Of a DNA stretch of 64,000 nucleotides, positions 46,756 through 59,800 are shown piece after piece. Source of the DNA: Octopus vulgaris. Lineage: Eukaryota. Each line of letters starts with the position of its first letter. Position 1 is the first letter of the stretch. The position numbers and the translations under genes are program-made. The notes under the pieces were generated by a model that saw nothing but the letters and a program-made list of their open reading frames with translations, had not been told where the DNA came from and did no database searches. Where the stretch lies: NCBI GenBank assembly GCA_951406725.2, contig OX597834.1:34720001-34784000 (forward strand). The letters run 5' to 3'.

Positions 46756-48001
46756 CGTATATATGTATATATATATTTATGTGTCTGTGTGTCTATGTTT
46801 GTCCCCTCCCCCACAATCGCTTGACAACTGACGTTGGTGTGTTTATGTCCTCTTAGCTAAGCAGTTCAGCAAAAGAGATAAATAGAATAAGTACCAGGCT
46901 TACAAAAGAATAAGTCCTGGGATTAATTTCTTTGACTAAAACCCTTTAAAGCAGTGCTCCAGCATGACGGCAGTCAAATCGCTGAAACAAGTAAAAGAAT
47001 AAAACAAGAGTATATATTATACACGCATATATACCACACACACACGTCGAATTTGATGATGACTTAGTAACTGTCAAGAGGAAATAAATAAATTAGAAAA
47101 TAGAGTTATCATGTCCGTCTATTGGTAATTAAGGAAGAAAATGATTCCAAACAAATGTCAGCATATGTCACCTCAACAGGCTCCAACCTATACAACAGGA
47201 ATGAAATGATTGGACATAACTGTTAGGACATTCAACCTGTTTTGGTACTGGAAGCAGACTCTTACCCACACACACACACAAGCATGTGTGCACAACAATA
47301 TATAGAGAGAGGGGGAGAGATAGATAGACAGAGAGAGAGAGAGGATGGGAGAGAAATAGATATCAAATATGCATATAAACATAGATACTCAAACATATGA
47401 ACAGAGAGAGAAAGAGAGAGAATGAGAGCAATATTAGTTTCAAATTTTGGCACAAGGCCAGTGCAGTTGACCCCAGTGCCCAATTGGTACTTATGTTATC
47501 ATCCCTGAGAGAATTAAAGGCAAAGTCTACCCTGACGGAATTTGAACTCAGGACGTAAAGAGGTGCAAAATATTGCTAAGCATTTTGCCAGGTGTGTTAA
47601 CAATTCTGCCAGTTTGTTACCATAAAAGGGGAAAAATATTAATTTCAAATTTTGGCACAAGGCCAGCAATTTTAGGGGTCGGGGTTAAGTTGATTATAGC
47701 AACCCCAGTGCTCGACAGGTTTTTATTTTGTTGACTCTGAAAGGATAAAAAGCAAAGTTGACCTCAGTGGAATTTGATCTCAGAAACGTAAAGAAGTATG
47801 AATGCAGTTATGCATTTTGCTCAGCGTGCTAACAATTCTGCCAGCTCACCAGATTTGAATGATAGAAATATTAAAATGGTCAATGTCAAATAAGTCAGCA
47901 TCGAATCACTGATGCCAAAGAGGTAGCACCAAAAGGCCTCATACCCACCTCCTCTATTCCCAGAGCTATGGAAGTGGTAGTCTTTCACTGTCACACATAT
48001 G

Positions 48002-48221
48002 TATTTCTTTACTGCTCACAAGGGGCTAAACATAAAGGGGACAAACAAGGACAGACAAAGTGATTAAGTCAATTACATCGACCCCAGTGTGAAACTGGTA
48101 CTTTATTTATCGACCCCGAAAGGATGAAAGGCAAAGTCGACCTCGGCAGAATTTGAACGACAGACGAAATACAGCTACGCATTTCGCCCGGCGTGCTAAC
48201 GTTTCTGCCAGCTTGCCGCCT
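48002..48221 (-). mobile_element. SINE family B with a MetaSINE-like central domain
   Basis: Reads GGCGGCAAGCTGGCAGAAACGTTAGCAC...GCCTTTCATCCTTTCGGGGTCGATAAATAAAGTACCAG; relatives at ~15840, 20151, 30585, 38230, 42660 and 47435. Confidence 0.8.
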
Positions 48222-48487
48222 TTTCGACACACTTTACTCACTGCTGCAATAAAAGGTCCACCATCTCTCACTCCCAACAAGTTTCAGCCATTAGTAATCA
48301 ATGAAGATTATGATTGAGTATGCAACACTTCAACAAGGGATGCAGTCATGGATAGGGGTGAAGAAAACTGACCCCTTACATCCAGTACTGGATTAACCAT
48401 TAAGCAAAATAAACATGTGCTTAGGGAATCAATGGAAGGGGTTCACCACAGAAATGGTAGATGGTTTACGGCACAAAAGAAATCACA

Positions 48488-48880
48488 TTAACCCTTTTGT
48501 TACCACATTTCTGCTGAGATGCTCTGTGCTTCTTTCAATTAATTTTAGATATAACTACACGCACGGAATGGTTGGCATTAAGAAGGGCATCCAGCTGTAG
48601 AAACACTGCCAGATCAGACTGGGCCTGGCGCAGCCTTCTGGCTTCCCAGAGCCCATTTGAACCATCCAACCCATGCTAGCATGGAAAACGGACGTTAAAC
48701 GATGATGATGATGATAATAAAGAATTTAGTAAAATAACTTAGTTATTATTAAGCTAGTGTTAGGAACATAAATTGTGATTAAGGTTTGGTGGAAGATTTT
48801 AATTCAGAACTTTTGAAAACAAGACATTTGTATTACAGAGCCAGAGGTGGTTTCAGCCAGGTTGATATCAAAAGGGTTAA
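48488..48880. mobile_element. piggyBac-like MITE carrying an inserted RTE-tail repeat (48557-48716)
   Basis: TTAA-CCCTTTTG...CAAAAGGG-TTAA; internal sequence matches 21222-21451. Confidence 0.8.
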
Positions 48881-50607
48881 ACTTGCTAAAATAATATTTG
48901 GGATGCCTTTTCTCTGCTAAGTATAGAAGCAGATGTGTTACATAAGATTAATTTTGAGGATCTGATCAAAGACTTTGCAATTAAAAAAAGTAGGAGAAAG
49001 CTTTTCAGATATCAATAAAGTGGAAGTATGCAAAAATAAACATTATTTTCCCTCTTACTGTTTGTTTTGTTTCATTTTGAAAAACAAAAAAAATTATTTT
49101 ATAATTTATTGTCTATATTTTGAATTACATATACATGGGGGCACCAAAATCTTTTGTGAATTTTCTATCCCAAGCCCAATCAAAATGCCTGAAACTTGAT
49201 ACGCCAATTGAATGCCAGCTAGCTGTGTGTGATTGGTCGGAGAGTTGGACAGTACTCGCATGTATGTGCGCATGCACGCAGCTGTATATGCATGCACTAG
49301 CACTATGACCCGGCAACACCGGGTTATAGGGTTAGACTTTTGATATCAGTTAGTCTGCTGCTTTAACCTTTGTGCTTATAGGAGCAGGGTCCATGGTCCC
49401 ATTTCTGTGAGAAGGAAATCTTTCCTTGAATTTGTCACAAATTTTAGGCAAAATGATCAGATAGTTGATCTCCAAAAATATTGATTTTTGCTTGTAGACA
49501 GTTTGAAGACTTGATCCAAAGCATGGATGATTTAAGATACACACAAAATTCCTTGGCTTCTATTCCCTTTTGGACCACCAACAGAGTATGACCATACTAT
49601 GCTGCTTCTCTTATTCGAGATGTATTGTCACATAAACCCTGCAGTGTCCAGCCCTAGGCCTTCAGTGTTATGTGTCATTACACATTTATCTCAAAAAATC
49701 AGTTGCCATGTTTTAAGAACTTATCCAGTTCCCAAATTCTTGGCAATGTTGTAAACAGGTGCATCCTTTGTGTCCAACTGCAAGATGAGATTAAAAGCAG
49801 AATGTGTTGTATGATTCCCAGGAAGGAGTTTCAAATGCAAGTAAAAATTTCCTGAAAAAAAATCATACATAGATCTAGAAGACTATATCAAGACACCTGC
49901 TTCTGTCCTTCAATTGTATTTTCACACCCCTAATACTAAATCCCTCTCAGCCAAGGGATTGTCATGTAGGAAATTGGGGACCTCACAAGTGCTCATAACA
50001 TGAAAAAAGCACCCAGTACACACTATAAAGTGGCTGGCATTAGGAAGGGCATTTAGTTATAGAAACCATGGTAGACATTGGAACTCAGCATAGCCTCCAG
50101 ACTTGTCTGTTCATTCATGTCTGACCCATGCCAGTATGGAAAAAAAATGGATGTTAAATGGTGATAATCATGAAATCAAATAAATATAAAACTTTGTTAC
50201 AAAATATAAAAATAAGTTGATTAAAAACAAAAAAAATTCCCAAATATTGCAACAGTGCAACTGCAATAATTAAATAGGTATTCGTTTATGTTGATGGATT
50301 TTGGTAAGCAACAAATTGACCGAGAATGTTGAATACCAATGAAGCAAATTCTAGCTTCCTCTTGTCAAACTTTGTAAAAAATAATTGGATAGATTGCCCT
50401 TTGATCCACACTAAATTTAGCTTCATTATCATTGACAAATACTATTGATGTGTCAGCCTTATGTAATATTTTGTTTTCAGGGCATATCATTGAAAGGTCA
50501 AGAATGGCAATAAAAGAACTTTAGGACCGAGATACCTGGTGCCTGGTCGTACATAAGAAGACCCGTACCCCGCAGCAGAAGTGTTAAGATCGATCCTGCT
50601 GGTGGTG

Positions 50608-50775
50608 GTGCCACATAAAAGTGCCCCTGCAGTGTCACATAAAAGCACCTGTGCAGTGCCACGCAAAGGCACCCATGTGATGCCATGTCAAAGCACCTGT
50701 GTGGTGTCATGTAAAAGCACCTGTGCAGTACCACATAAAAGCACCTGTGTGATGCTGTGTGAAAGCCCACCTGCA
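50608..50775 (+). repeat. 24-bp tandem array (~7 units) within an RTE 3'-UTR repeat
   Basis: Unit near GTGCCACATAAAAGCACCTGTGCA. Confidence 0.88.
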
Positions 50776-50929
50776 CACTCTGTAAAGCGGTTGGCATCAG
50801 GAAGGGCATCCAGCATAGAAACCATGCCAAACCAGACTGAAGTCCAGTGCATCCCCCACCTCTGGTCAAACCCTCCAACCCATGCCAGCATGGACAACAG
50901 ATGTATGATGATATTGATTGAGTGATTGA

Positions 50930-51671
50930 TTAACCATATCTTCCAACACCTGATCAAAAGTGCACAAAGCTGATCACAACACAGGAAAATCTGACATTGA
51001 GGCACATTTGCTTTCCTGGAACATTTCCTAACCAAGGATGAGTGTTGACTTCATCACTTTGAGCCAGAAACAAAAAGGTAATCCATGCAGTGGAAACACC
51101 CCCTCCTCACCTGCTCCAAAGAAAGCCAACATCCTTTCATCTGTAGGGAAGGTAAGAGCTTCAGTTTCTTGGAATGCAAAAGACATTGTGTCTATTGACT
51201 ATCTTCAAATGAGCCATACCATCGTGGGAGAGTACTATACCAACTTGCTGAGGCAGTTACAAAAGGCTATCAAGACCAAACACCTGAGAAACTGACAAAA
51301 GGGGTCTTGTTTCATCAGGACAATGCTCCAATACATAAGGCCTTGGTTTTAAAGGCCGCTGTGCATGACTGTGGCTTTGAAATGGCTGACCTCTCTCCTT
51401 ACTCTTCTGATTTGACTATCATCTACTCTCCAACATGAAAAACCCACTTGGCTGGAAACCAGTATCACAGTGATAAGGAAAATCACATTTGCTATTGATG
51501 ATGTTTTTGATCAACAGAATGACAGCTTCTTCACCGATGAGATTCAAGCACTGCAACATCAATGGAAGTATGTTGACTGCAAGGGGGGAGTATGCTGAAA
51601 AATAAACCTCATTTGGTCATATTCCATGAGAGTATCTTCATCAGCCTTTGAACTTTTCAGCTGCCCCTCGT
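50930..51671 (+). mobile_element. Decayed mariner (DD34D) transposase with right TIR
   Basis: SMQWKHP.SPAPKKA, VGKVRASVSWNAKDIVSIDYL, GVLFHQDNAP, SPYSSDL; TIR ...GAACTTTTCAGCTGCCCCTCGT. Confidence 0.85.
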
Positions 51672-51742
51672 GTGTGTGTGTATGTTATATATATATATAT
51701 ATACATATATATAAATATATACACACACACATATATATATAT

Positions 51743-51788
<46 letters not shown>

Positions 51789-51794
51789 ACATAG

Positions 51795-51835
<41 letters not shown>

Positions 51836-51875
51836 AACACACACACATATATATATATACATGTATATATCATAT

Positions 51876-51981
51876 ATGAGTGGGTGGTGAAAAGTTTCTG
51901 GCTTTAAGGGTATTGTGAAAGGCCTGATCTTCCTGTATTTTCTTTTACCCAAAGCTGAGAACTTTTCAGCACCTCCTTGTA
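51876..51981. mobile_element. ~105-bp mariner-derived MITE
   Basis: TATGAGTGGGTGGTGAAAAGTTTC...GAACTTTTCAGCACCTCCTTGTA; a related TIR occurs at 15272. Confidence 0.65.
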
Positions 51982-52169
51982 TGGGTGCAATGGGTAAATT
52001 GTTGCCATTTTATATTGTTAATTTCATATCGTTTGTTTTTGATTTTGCTGACTACACAGTATAGTAGGGTCAGTTGGGCACTGTCTGTGAGAAAAAGAGC
52101 ACTATGATGCAATTCACTCAGCCAGGAATTTGGAAACGACATGCTGTGCTGTGCTGCTTGGCATTCGTG

Positions 52170-52570
52170 ACAGAAACTCCAATAGGAACAGATGGTGAAT
52201 ACACAGAACAACCATTGGCTTGCTGTGTCCCCAAAACATGTACCGAGAGTGATAAAAATCAAACATCCAGTCAACATCATGGTGTTTGGAGTGATCACTA
52301 GTAATGGTGATGTTATGCCTCCATTCATCTTCCCACACGGCCTCAAACTCAACATGGAGGCCTACATCAAGTGCCTGGAGGCAGTAGTGTTGCCCTGGGT
52401 GAAGAGGATGGCTGCTGGATGACCATATGTCTGTCAACAGGACTATGCCCCATGCTACACAAGCAGGAGAACCCAGTTATGGCTATCAGACAATTTCTGC
52501 AACCACATCACCCCTAACATCTGGCCATCTAATTACCCAGACTGCAACCCCTTGATTATTATGTATAGGG
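52170..52570 (+). mobile_element. Tc1/mariner DD37D-like transposase fragment
   Basis: KHPVNIMVFGVITSNGDVMPPFIFPHGLKLN...QQDYAPCY...IWPSNYPDCNPLDYYV with an internal stop. Confidence 0.85.
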
Positions 52571-55500
52571 CACATAATAAGCCCAGTACTTATTTTATTG
52601 TCTCTTTTGCCGAACCGCTTAATTACGGGGACGTAAACACACCAAAATTGGTTGTCAAGTGATGTTGGGGTGGGGTGGGGGGAAAACATATACCCACATG
52701 ATGGGCTTTTCATTTTCCATCTACCAAATCCATGGCCCAAGGCTATAGTAGAAGACACTTGTCCAAGGTGTCATGCAGTGCAACTGGACCCGGAACCATG
52801 TGATTGGTAAGCAAGCAACTTACCACACAGCCACTCCTGCACCTATATACATGTATCTTTACATGTTCATCATGATTATCAGGTGTATGTGCATATATAA
52901 GTATAAAGAAGCATTGGATTCATGATTGTAAGATTGTGGTTTTGATTCGTGAACCGAGCATGAATGTCTATGGAATTGCCCCTAAAAAGTTCCCCTCCGA
53001 GGCACAAGTCCAGGCAAGGTTGTTTTATGGAAGACTAGCAGTCAACCATGCATACCAGCCTCCGTTCTCCATGATACCCATGTTTCTCCATTTTCTTATT
53101 TGTATTATAAATTAATGGTAAAATATTTCTTTACCTTCACCCATTTAATACAATAAGTAAGTTAATTGCATTGCAATTAAAAACACTTGTATATTAAGAA
53201 TTTGGGTATTATACCAACAGTATATTGGATAAGTATTATCCCTTAGTGGGTTGGATCCATAACCCCTAACTTACTTGACCCCTGTACATAACTCCATGTC
53301 CCCCTACATGGCCTTGCTTTTTGAGCCAAAAAATTAACTTAACTATATTATAAATATATTATATACTCATTAAACACCCATTATTTTTGTGTGTATATAT
53401 GTATATATATTCAGGTAGTTGTCCATATATGAGAAGTAATAGCACACTCAATATTATAGAACAAGTATACTTTTATATTGTCCACCAATATATTACTGGT
53501 TATGGTATACCATATCCAGTAACATAATTATATATGTATAGTGGGTCAATATTTGTATACAGCTCTATCTATCTATCATATTAATGATTATATAAATTAT
53601 ACTTTAAGTATATATATTAAATAAATTAGATTGTATTGTATATATTCATATATATAATGACTTATATGCTTATATAAACAGGATTATACAGATTATATAT
53701 ATGTATTTAAAATGGACTGTAAATTGGACATAGAAATTGGATTATATATAATCATGGACATATATATATATATCTATCTATCCATAAGATTATTATATAC
53801 ATAAAAAGTATTAGATTACATATACATGTATAAGAATATATATATGTGTGTGTATATCTATATAACTATCTGTCTATCTCAATATTTCTCTTATAATTCC
53901 TTACTTGCATATAACCTCCGCTACTGGGACATTATTAATCTATTGAATATACAAGCATTTTCTGAAGATAAGGTTATACTAACATGCACACACATGTATA
54001 TATCCAACACTCCAATACCACTATCTACCAGATAGAAAAAAGAACCCCAAATATAATAGATGCTATGACACTCCTCCTACATAAAAATAATGATTCTAAA
54101 CCAGATGATAAAGATAAATTATGTTGGTCTATATAAAAATAACGAAACGAAAAATCTTAGGGTTAATAGAAGGCAAAAACGAATTTAATGTCAGTTTCAG
54201 ATATTTTTCTGTTCACATGAAATAAAAGACAAAGTAACTATAAAAAAAATGAATCCAAACGAAAAACGAAGAATACCCGGAAAAGTAAAGAGAAAAAGGA
54301 TTGGTCGAGGAAATGCGTGTGCCAGCTGTTTAGTCAGCTTAGTCGATTTAGTGGATAATCTAGCGGAATAATGTACCCCAACATTGGGACCAGTGTAGTA
54401 GCTTGCTTGCTCATCACGCACATACAGAAACCCACTGTTATTGCATACACACACGTGAACTCACACTCGCCATAATCTCTGCAGCCATTATGATTACTAT
54501 AGCGTAGAGGCGACACTCGATAAAACTCTTGGCAGGGCGAATCAATGATCCGGTTTCATATCCAGAGTTATTTTATTTTATTTTCTCTCACATTGCCTAA
54601 TAATACTCTTTGGGAATACATGAATGACCCAGCATCTTATTTCCCTTTACTTTTTTCCCCCACTTACTATCAAACTAGCGTTTGCGGCTGTTTACTTATT
54701 ATAGCGAAGTTAGAGTCGGCCTCTTCCGTCATGAAACACATTATAGTTTCATATTCATTATTATTAATATTACTATGATTTTTAATTATAATTACTGTTT
54801 CCGTCTTTCAGTAAGAATAGAAAATAAAATAAAATAAAACCTTTTAACCATTAAGTTTCTCCGTCCTGAAATGTCACATCTCAGGTTTCGATTACAAACT
54901 ACATGACTCCTTACTTGATAGTAGTAATTACTATACTAAGTCTTTCTCCTTTTGGTTTCCCTTTTAAGCATGGCTTTAATATTTTTTTATTACATAAAAA
55001 GAAAAAAAAATCTTTTTGCTTTAATTTAATAAGTTAAAAATAAAATAAATTGTGCTATTCGCTTTGATATTTGTACTCACCCGTTCGTTCGAGCTGAACG
55101 ACATCGGGGGCTGTGGCTATTCTTTATGATGACGTTGCTAACTGACTAGCAGCCATTAACGTTAAAACATTACCTCCCCTCTTCCTACCACTGCACTCAC
55201 ACTATCTCGCTAGCTGAATAAAAGAAAAATAGTGCGGTATCGATCGAACATAGAGATATATAGTAGAGAAGAAAAAATCATGTGTTACGCTAAATTCATA
55301 AGAATACGGCAGTAATAAAATACGTTTATGGCTAAAATAAGTATTAAGTTGCTTGCCGTGCAGTGAAAAACGAATTGGCAATATAGTGCGGAAGTAAAAA
55401 AAATAAAGAAATAAATAAAACAAACATAAAAATAAGCGAAGGACGAAAAATGAAACAAAAACAACAAACGTCAGGCGCCGCTGTACGAAGCAATGGGAGA

Positions 55501-55645
55501 TATTAATACGCATGTAAATAGTTCGGGCGGCGAATGTCGTTGTTCGCTCAATGACTACTCCATAAAATATGGCTATGGCTAGTTCACTAATTCTTAATAC
55601 AACAGCGTACAACTAGTAAGGCATGCAAACATATAGAATCTGAAT

Positions 55646-55694
55646 ATGTCGGAGGAAAGAGGCGGAGATAAAGGTGGAACGCAATTAGAACTAG
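55646..55694 (+). CDS. PHIP: PHIP/BRWD-family (WD40 + bromodomain) protein, exon 1
   Basis: MSEERGGDKGGTQLEL; donor G|GTAAGT in phase 1 joins ELYFLIA as in human [23 protein letters not shown]. Confidence 0.85.
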
Positions 55695-56058
55695 GTAAGT
55701 GTATAAAACAGATTTATTATTGTTATTTTGTGTTTTATTTCCCTTTCGGTGTGTGTGTCTTGAGGTTTTCCTGAAAAGCAAAAAGCAAAAGAAAAACCCC
55801 TCCGACGACTGCGACCACCGTTGTTTGTTATCTTTTTATATATTTACATGTGTTTGTAGGGGCAATAAAAGAAATGTCATATCAGAAACATATACCCTCA
55901 CTATATATCTATATACATTTATATATATATATATATTATATATAGATATGTGTGTATGGTTCCCCCCAGGAAGGGCACCGAACACAATAATAATAATGTT
56001 TAATAGTAATAAACCACAATATAAACAAGACTCTCACTTTCTGTTTTCCTTTTTGCAG

Positions 56059-56117
56059 AGCTCTACTTTCTAATTGCCAAGTTTCTGGAGTCTGGGCCGT
56101 GTAGCAAGGCAGCTGAA
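56059..56117 (+). CDS. PHIP: PHIP/BRWD exon 2
   Basis: ELYFLIAKFLESGPCSKAAE (human [20 protein letters not shown]). Confidence 0.95.
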
Positions 56118-56383
56118 GTAAGTGATTATTGTACAAGTATTAAAAAAATTCCCCCATTATAGTTTAATAATTAAAAGAAACCCTTCTATTGTTTAATATT
56201 TAAAGAAAAAAACCCTACGATTTAAAGAGAAAAAGATCCGACCGATTCCTCTCTTCGCGTGTTTTCTTTTTAAATCTTTCCCCTTTTTTTCTTCTCCTTA
56301 AATATTTTATCTCAGCATTTCTTTCTTTATTTCCTTAATTATTATTTATGTAACCCCTGTCTTTTTTTCTTTTTATTTTACAG

Positions 56384-56413
56384 GTGTTGCGTCAAGAGAT
56401 ACACCAACACAAG
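56384..56413 (+). CDS. PHIP: PHIP/BRWD exon 3 (30 nt)
   Basis: ttttacag|VLRQEIHQHK|gtaaac (human VLIREVAEKE). Confidence 0.9.
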
Positions 56414-56758
56414 GTAAACGGGTTGGCCTGAGAATCGCTCGCGGGCCTCCACGCACGTTTTTCTTTCTTTTTTTTCTTTCTCCTGGCTGCCTAGTAACCA
56501 GACTCACTGGACGCTTTAATTTCACCCCCCACACAAAAAAAAATCTTCAATCATCTCCACATTTCTTTTAAAAACTTATTTTCCACCTTAATTCCTCTTA
56601 TTCTCTTCTCCAAAACTTTCCCTTTTCTTTCTTCCTTGCCCCCTTTTCCTTTCCGCTTTCACTTTCTTGCTCATTTTTTTTCCTTTTTCTTTTTTCTGTT
56701 CTTTCATTTCTCCGTATATATTTATAAATCTCTTGTTTTCTTTTCATTATTCTTCCAG

Positions 56759-56818
56759 CTTTTACCCAAAAGACTTGATTGGAAAGGCGGAGAACATTTG
56801 AAAACTTACGAAAACTTG
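56759..56818 (+). CDS. PHIP: PHIP/BRWD exon 4
   Basis: LLPKRLDWKGGEHLKTYENL (human [20 protein letters not shown]). Confidence 0.95.
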
Positions 56819-59800
56819 GTGAGTTTTGTTTGGAGAGAAAAAAAAAAAAAACCTACCAAACTTTAAAAATTTTATTTTTTATGTTTACAATACGAAGAAT
56901 TTGGTTTCGAAGAAGTGAAAGGTGGAAATAGGTATTTTTTAAAGAAAGAGAAATTTGGGCGGAGGTAAGAGTTTGAACTCATCTGCTGAATATATCGTGG
57001 AAAAAAACCCCGTCTTAATTGTAATTAATGGTTAGTTTTAGTTAATTATTTTGATATGCTTATATCGAGTTTGGCTGAGTGAGTGCCTGTGTGTGTGTGG
57101 TGGGGTGAAGATAGAGACGGGTGGGAAGTAATTCCTCTTGTTTGTGTCCTACAACAACACGAAATATCGAGGTTTTGGAAGAAAGAAGACGACGACAATG
57201 ATGATGATATCACGGGCGAACTGTGCGTGACAGCCAATCAAAATCCGCCTACTGTTTCGTGTCACGGCGAAACCCCCTTTCCTCTCTCGCATTACTTATG
57301 TTTCCTCGCGACCGTCTCTGACAAACGTGCGATCTGATTGGCTGCTTTATTCATCTCTCACACTTCACTACAAAATTAAGTTTCCTCCTCAAACCCACAG
57401 TGGCCTTATCAATTTTCTATGACGGTTTTCGCCCAACATATTTTTCCACACTCACATATTTCCTCATATTAAATATCGCTTCCCCACCCATAATATATAT
57501 TTTTTTAAATTTCCACAATAGTTCCTTACTGCTCCAAGATGCTTTATTTCAATACCAACGACTAAATTAATTTCTTCCCCGTCCTCATTTCTGAAGCTAC
57601 ATAAAAAGACTTCGTCTCTATTTTTCAGACGAGTTTTTAAACCAATTTTTCTGGTTTTAAATTAATTTCTTTTTACTTAGATCTGCCCAGAATAAAATAT
57701 ATAGTTGTTGAAAATTAAATATTTCAAATGAAATAATCAGTTAAAAGTTTGTGGATGGGAAAAACAGTGAAAATCTTATTTAAAACCAAATTGTAGTGAT
57801 AATTGGTGTTGGGAAATAGCTTGCCATATGATGTTGTGTTTATAAACTGAGAAAATGTTTATTTTGGAGTGCGACTTCCACGAGGTTTTTTCTTTACCTG
57901 TTCCTCTGTTTATATTACCATCGAAACTGCTAAATTGCTTTTGTTCTCGCAACAAATTCGTGGATTTTTCTTCTCGACCCATTCTTCTAGATATTTTTCA
58001 AGAATAATAAATCCCGAAAAATATTAGATTTTCCAAAATAATCACATGTTTTTGTGTTGTACACCTGATTTGTGTGACAGCAAATGTGTTTTTTTTTTTT
58101 ATGAGGGATCAGGAAGCATTTCGTTGGAAACGAAATTTGAAATGTTATATTTGCGATAAATTTCTCTTTTTTTTTCTTTGGTTTTATTAAGAAAATATTC
58201 TAAAATGAATTATATTGTGTTTGGAATCGATCGGAATGTGTGTGCGTGTGTGTCTGCTATGTTCTTCCGTGTTTAAAGATGGTCCGATCTCGCCATAACA
58301 TTTGAAGTAAAGCGACGACCATTGGCGGTGTTTGAGGATTTCACAAATAAATTCCTATTGACCATTAATTAAATGTGCAGTCTTTCGATTGTTCCGAATC
58401 TGTTGGTAACCAGTCGTAGTTTGTCTTTGCATCGTATTTCAATCGTTGACCTATTCTCTCTGTTCGTCGGCAGTTTCGGCCATCGTTTAGTCTTGAAACA
58501 TTAGTCCCTCTCAACATTAGTCATGGCGACTGTTACATTAAACATTGTCGAAGAATTAAATAAATGTCTAATTCGAATTTCTGTTTTACTGATCCTTCTA
58601 CGAAATCTATGAATAATCGCATTCTGCTCTGACTAGTTCCTTCTATAGCTGATATCCTCCTCGATTGTGAGTGAGGCTTTTCTCTCCTCCCCTTCATTTG
58701 TTGTTCACACAGAAAGCCATGATGTTTTGACCTAGATATTAAATCCTTTATTTCGACTCGAACATTTCTGCTTTCAAACTAAACAATCCGACCCTATTTC
58801 TCCCTTGTTATCGTATCGTCCGTTTTATTTAATAGTTAAGGTAGAATAAAATGCAGTAATAGTTATTACTGCCGTCTAAGTTTCGCTTCTTCGAACTCTA
58901 ACGCAATGTCTATTTCCTTGCTCTTGTATATTTCTTGCTTACACACCTCAACTCCAAATGACTCACATTATTTTCTCTGCTCGTTTCCAACTGATATATT
59001 CCGACCAAAATTTCTATAGTTTGGTGTAAACCTTTCGCTAACTTTATTTCTCATGTTAGACAAGTATCCATAAATTTCGGGCCTGGTGTATCATCCTCAC
59101 AAAAGCGCTTGTCTACTAGTTTTACATAACTACAGCTTTACTACTAAACTCTTAAAACGATGGCTTTTGTTTCACTTACCGTTTCTCATTTATTACTTGC
59201 TTTTTCTGTTTCTAAATTTTACCGATTCCCTTTGATTAGTATCTTATAACAGTGGTGACAAATCTCACGGAATACATGAAATATGGGAACTATATATGTA
59301 GATCTGTGTTAGCAAAGCTTCTGTAGAAGCAGATCACATGGATATTCCATGTTAATGTCGGTTGTCATTTAAAAAAATTTTTTTAGAGATCTGTGCAAAA
59401 CAGTATAGTTAGTCGCCTCTTAATTTAATTTGAAGTCAGTAATTTTGCTGTAACCGAATCTAATAGTTTTTATGAATCTTTTATAAAGACTTCCTCGTTC
59501 ATGGAAGGTGATAGTCATTTAAAACGACTCCCACTTCTTTATTTGGTTCAAGCGAGATTGATCAAACTTTTAAAAATGTCGCCCAAAAAGTAGGAAATTT
59601 TGGGGGTTGTTTTTGTTTCTAGTTTGAGATATTTGTCCAACAAATTTAGTTTGGCTGGTTGGAGCCTGATTTTATTTATCTGATCCCTACGAATTAGATA
59701 TTGTAATGTTTGTTGGACAAGAATGAATTAGCTTTTATTGTTAAAACCCAATGCATAAGCTGGTTTTAATATTTTGGACAAATTTGCATTGGATTTAGAG

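Noticed and set aside
50608-50775. CRISPR-like repeat arrays (also 10400-10660 and 16545-16725)
   Set aside because: Eukaryotic context, no cas genes, units are related along their length, and they lie inside an RTE 3' UTR family.
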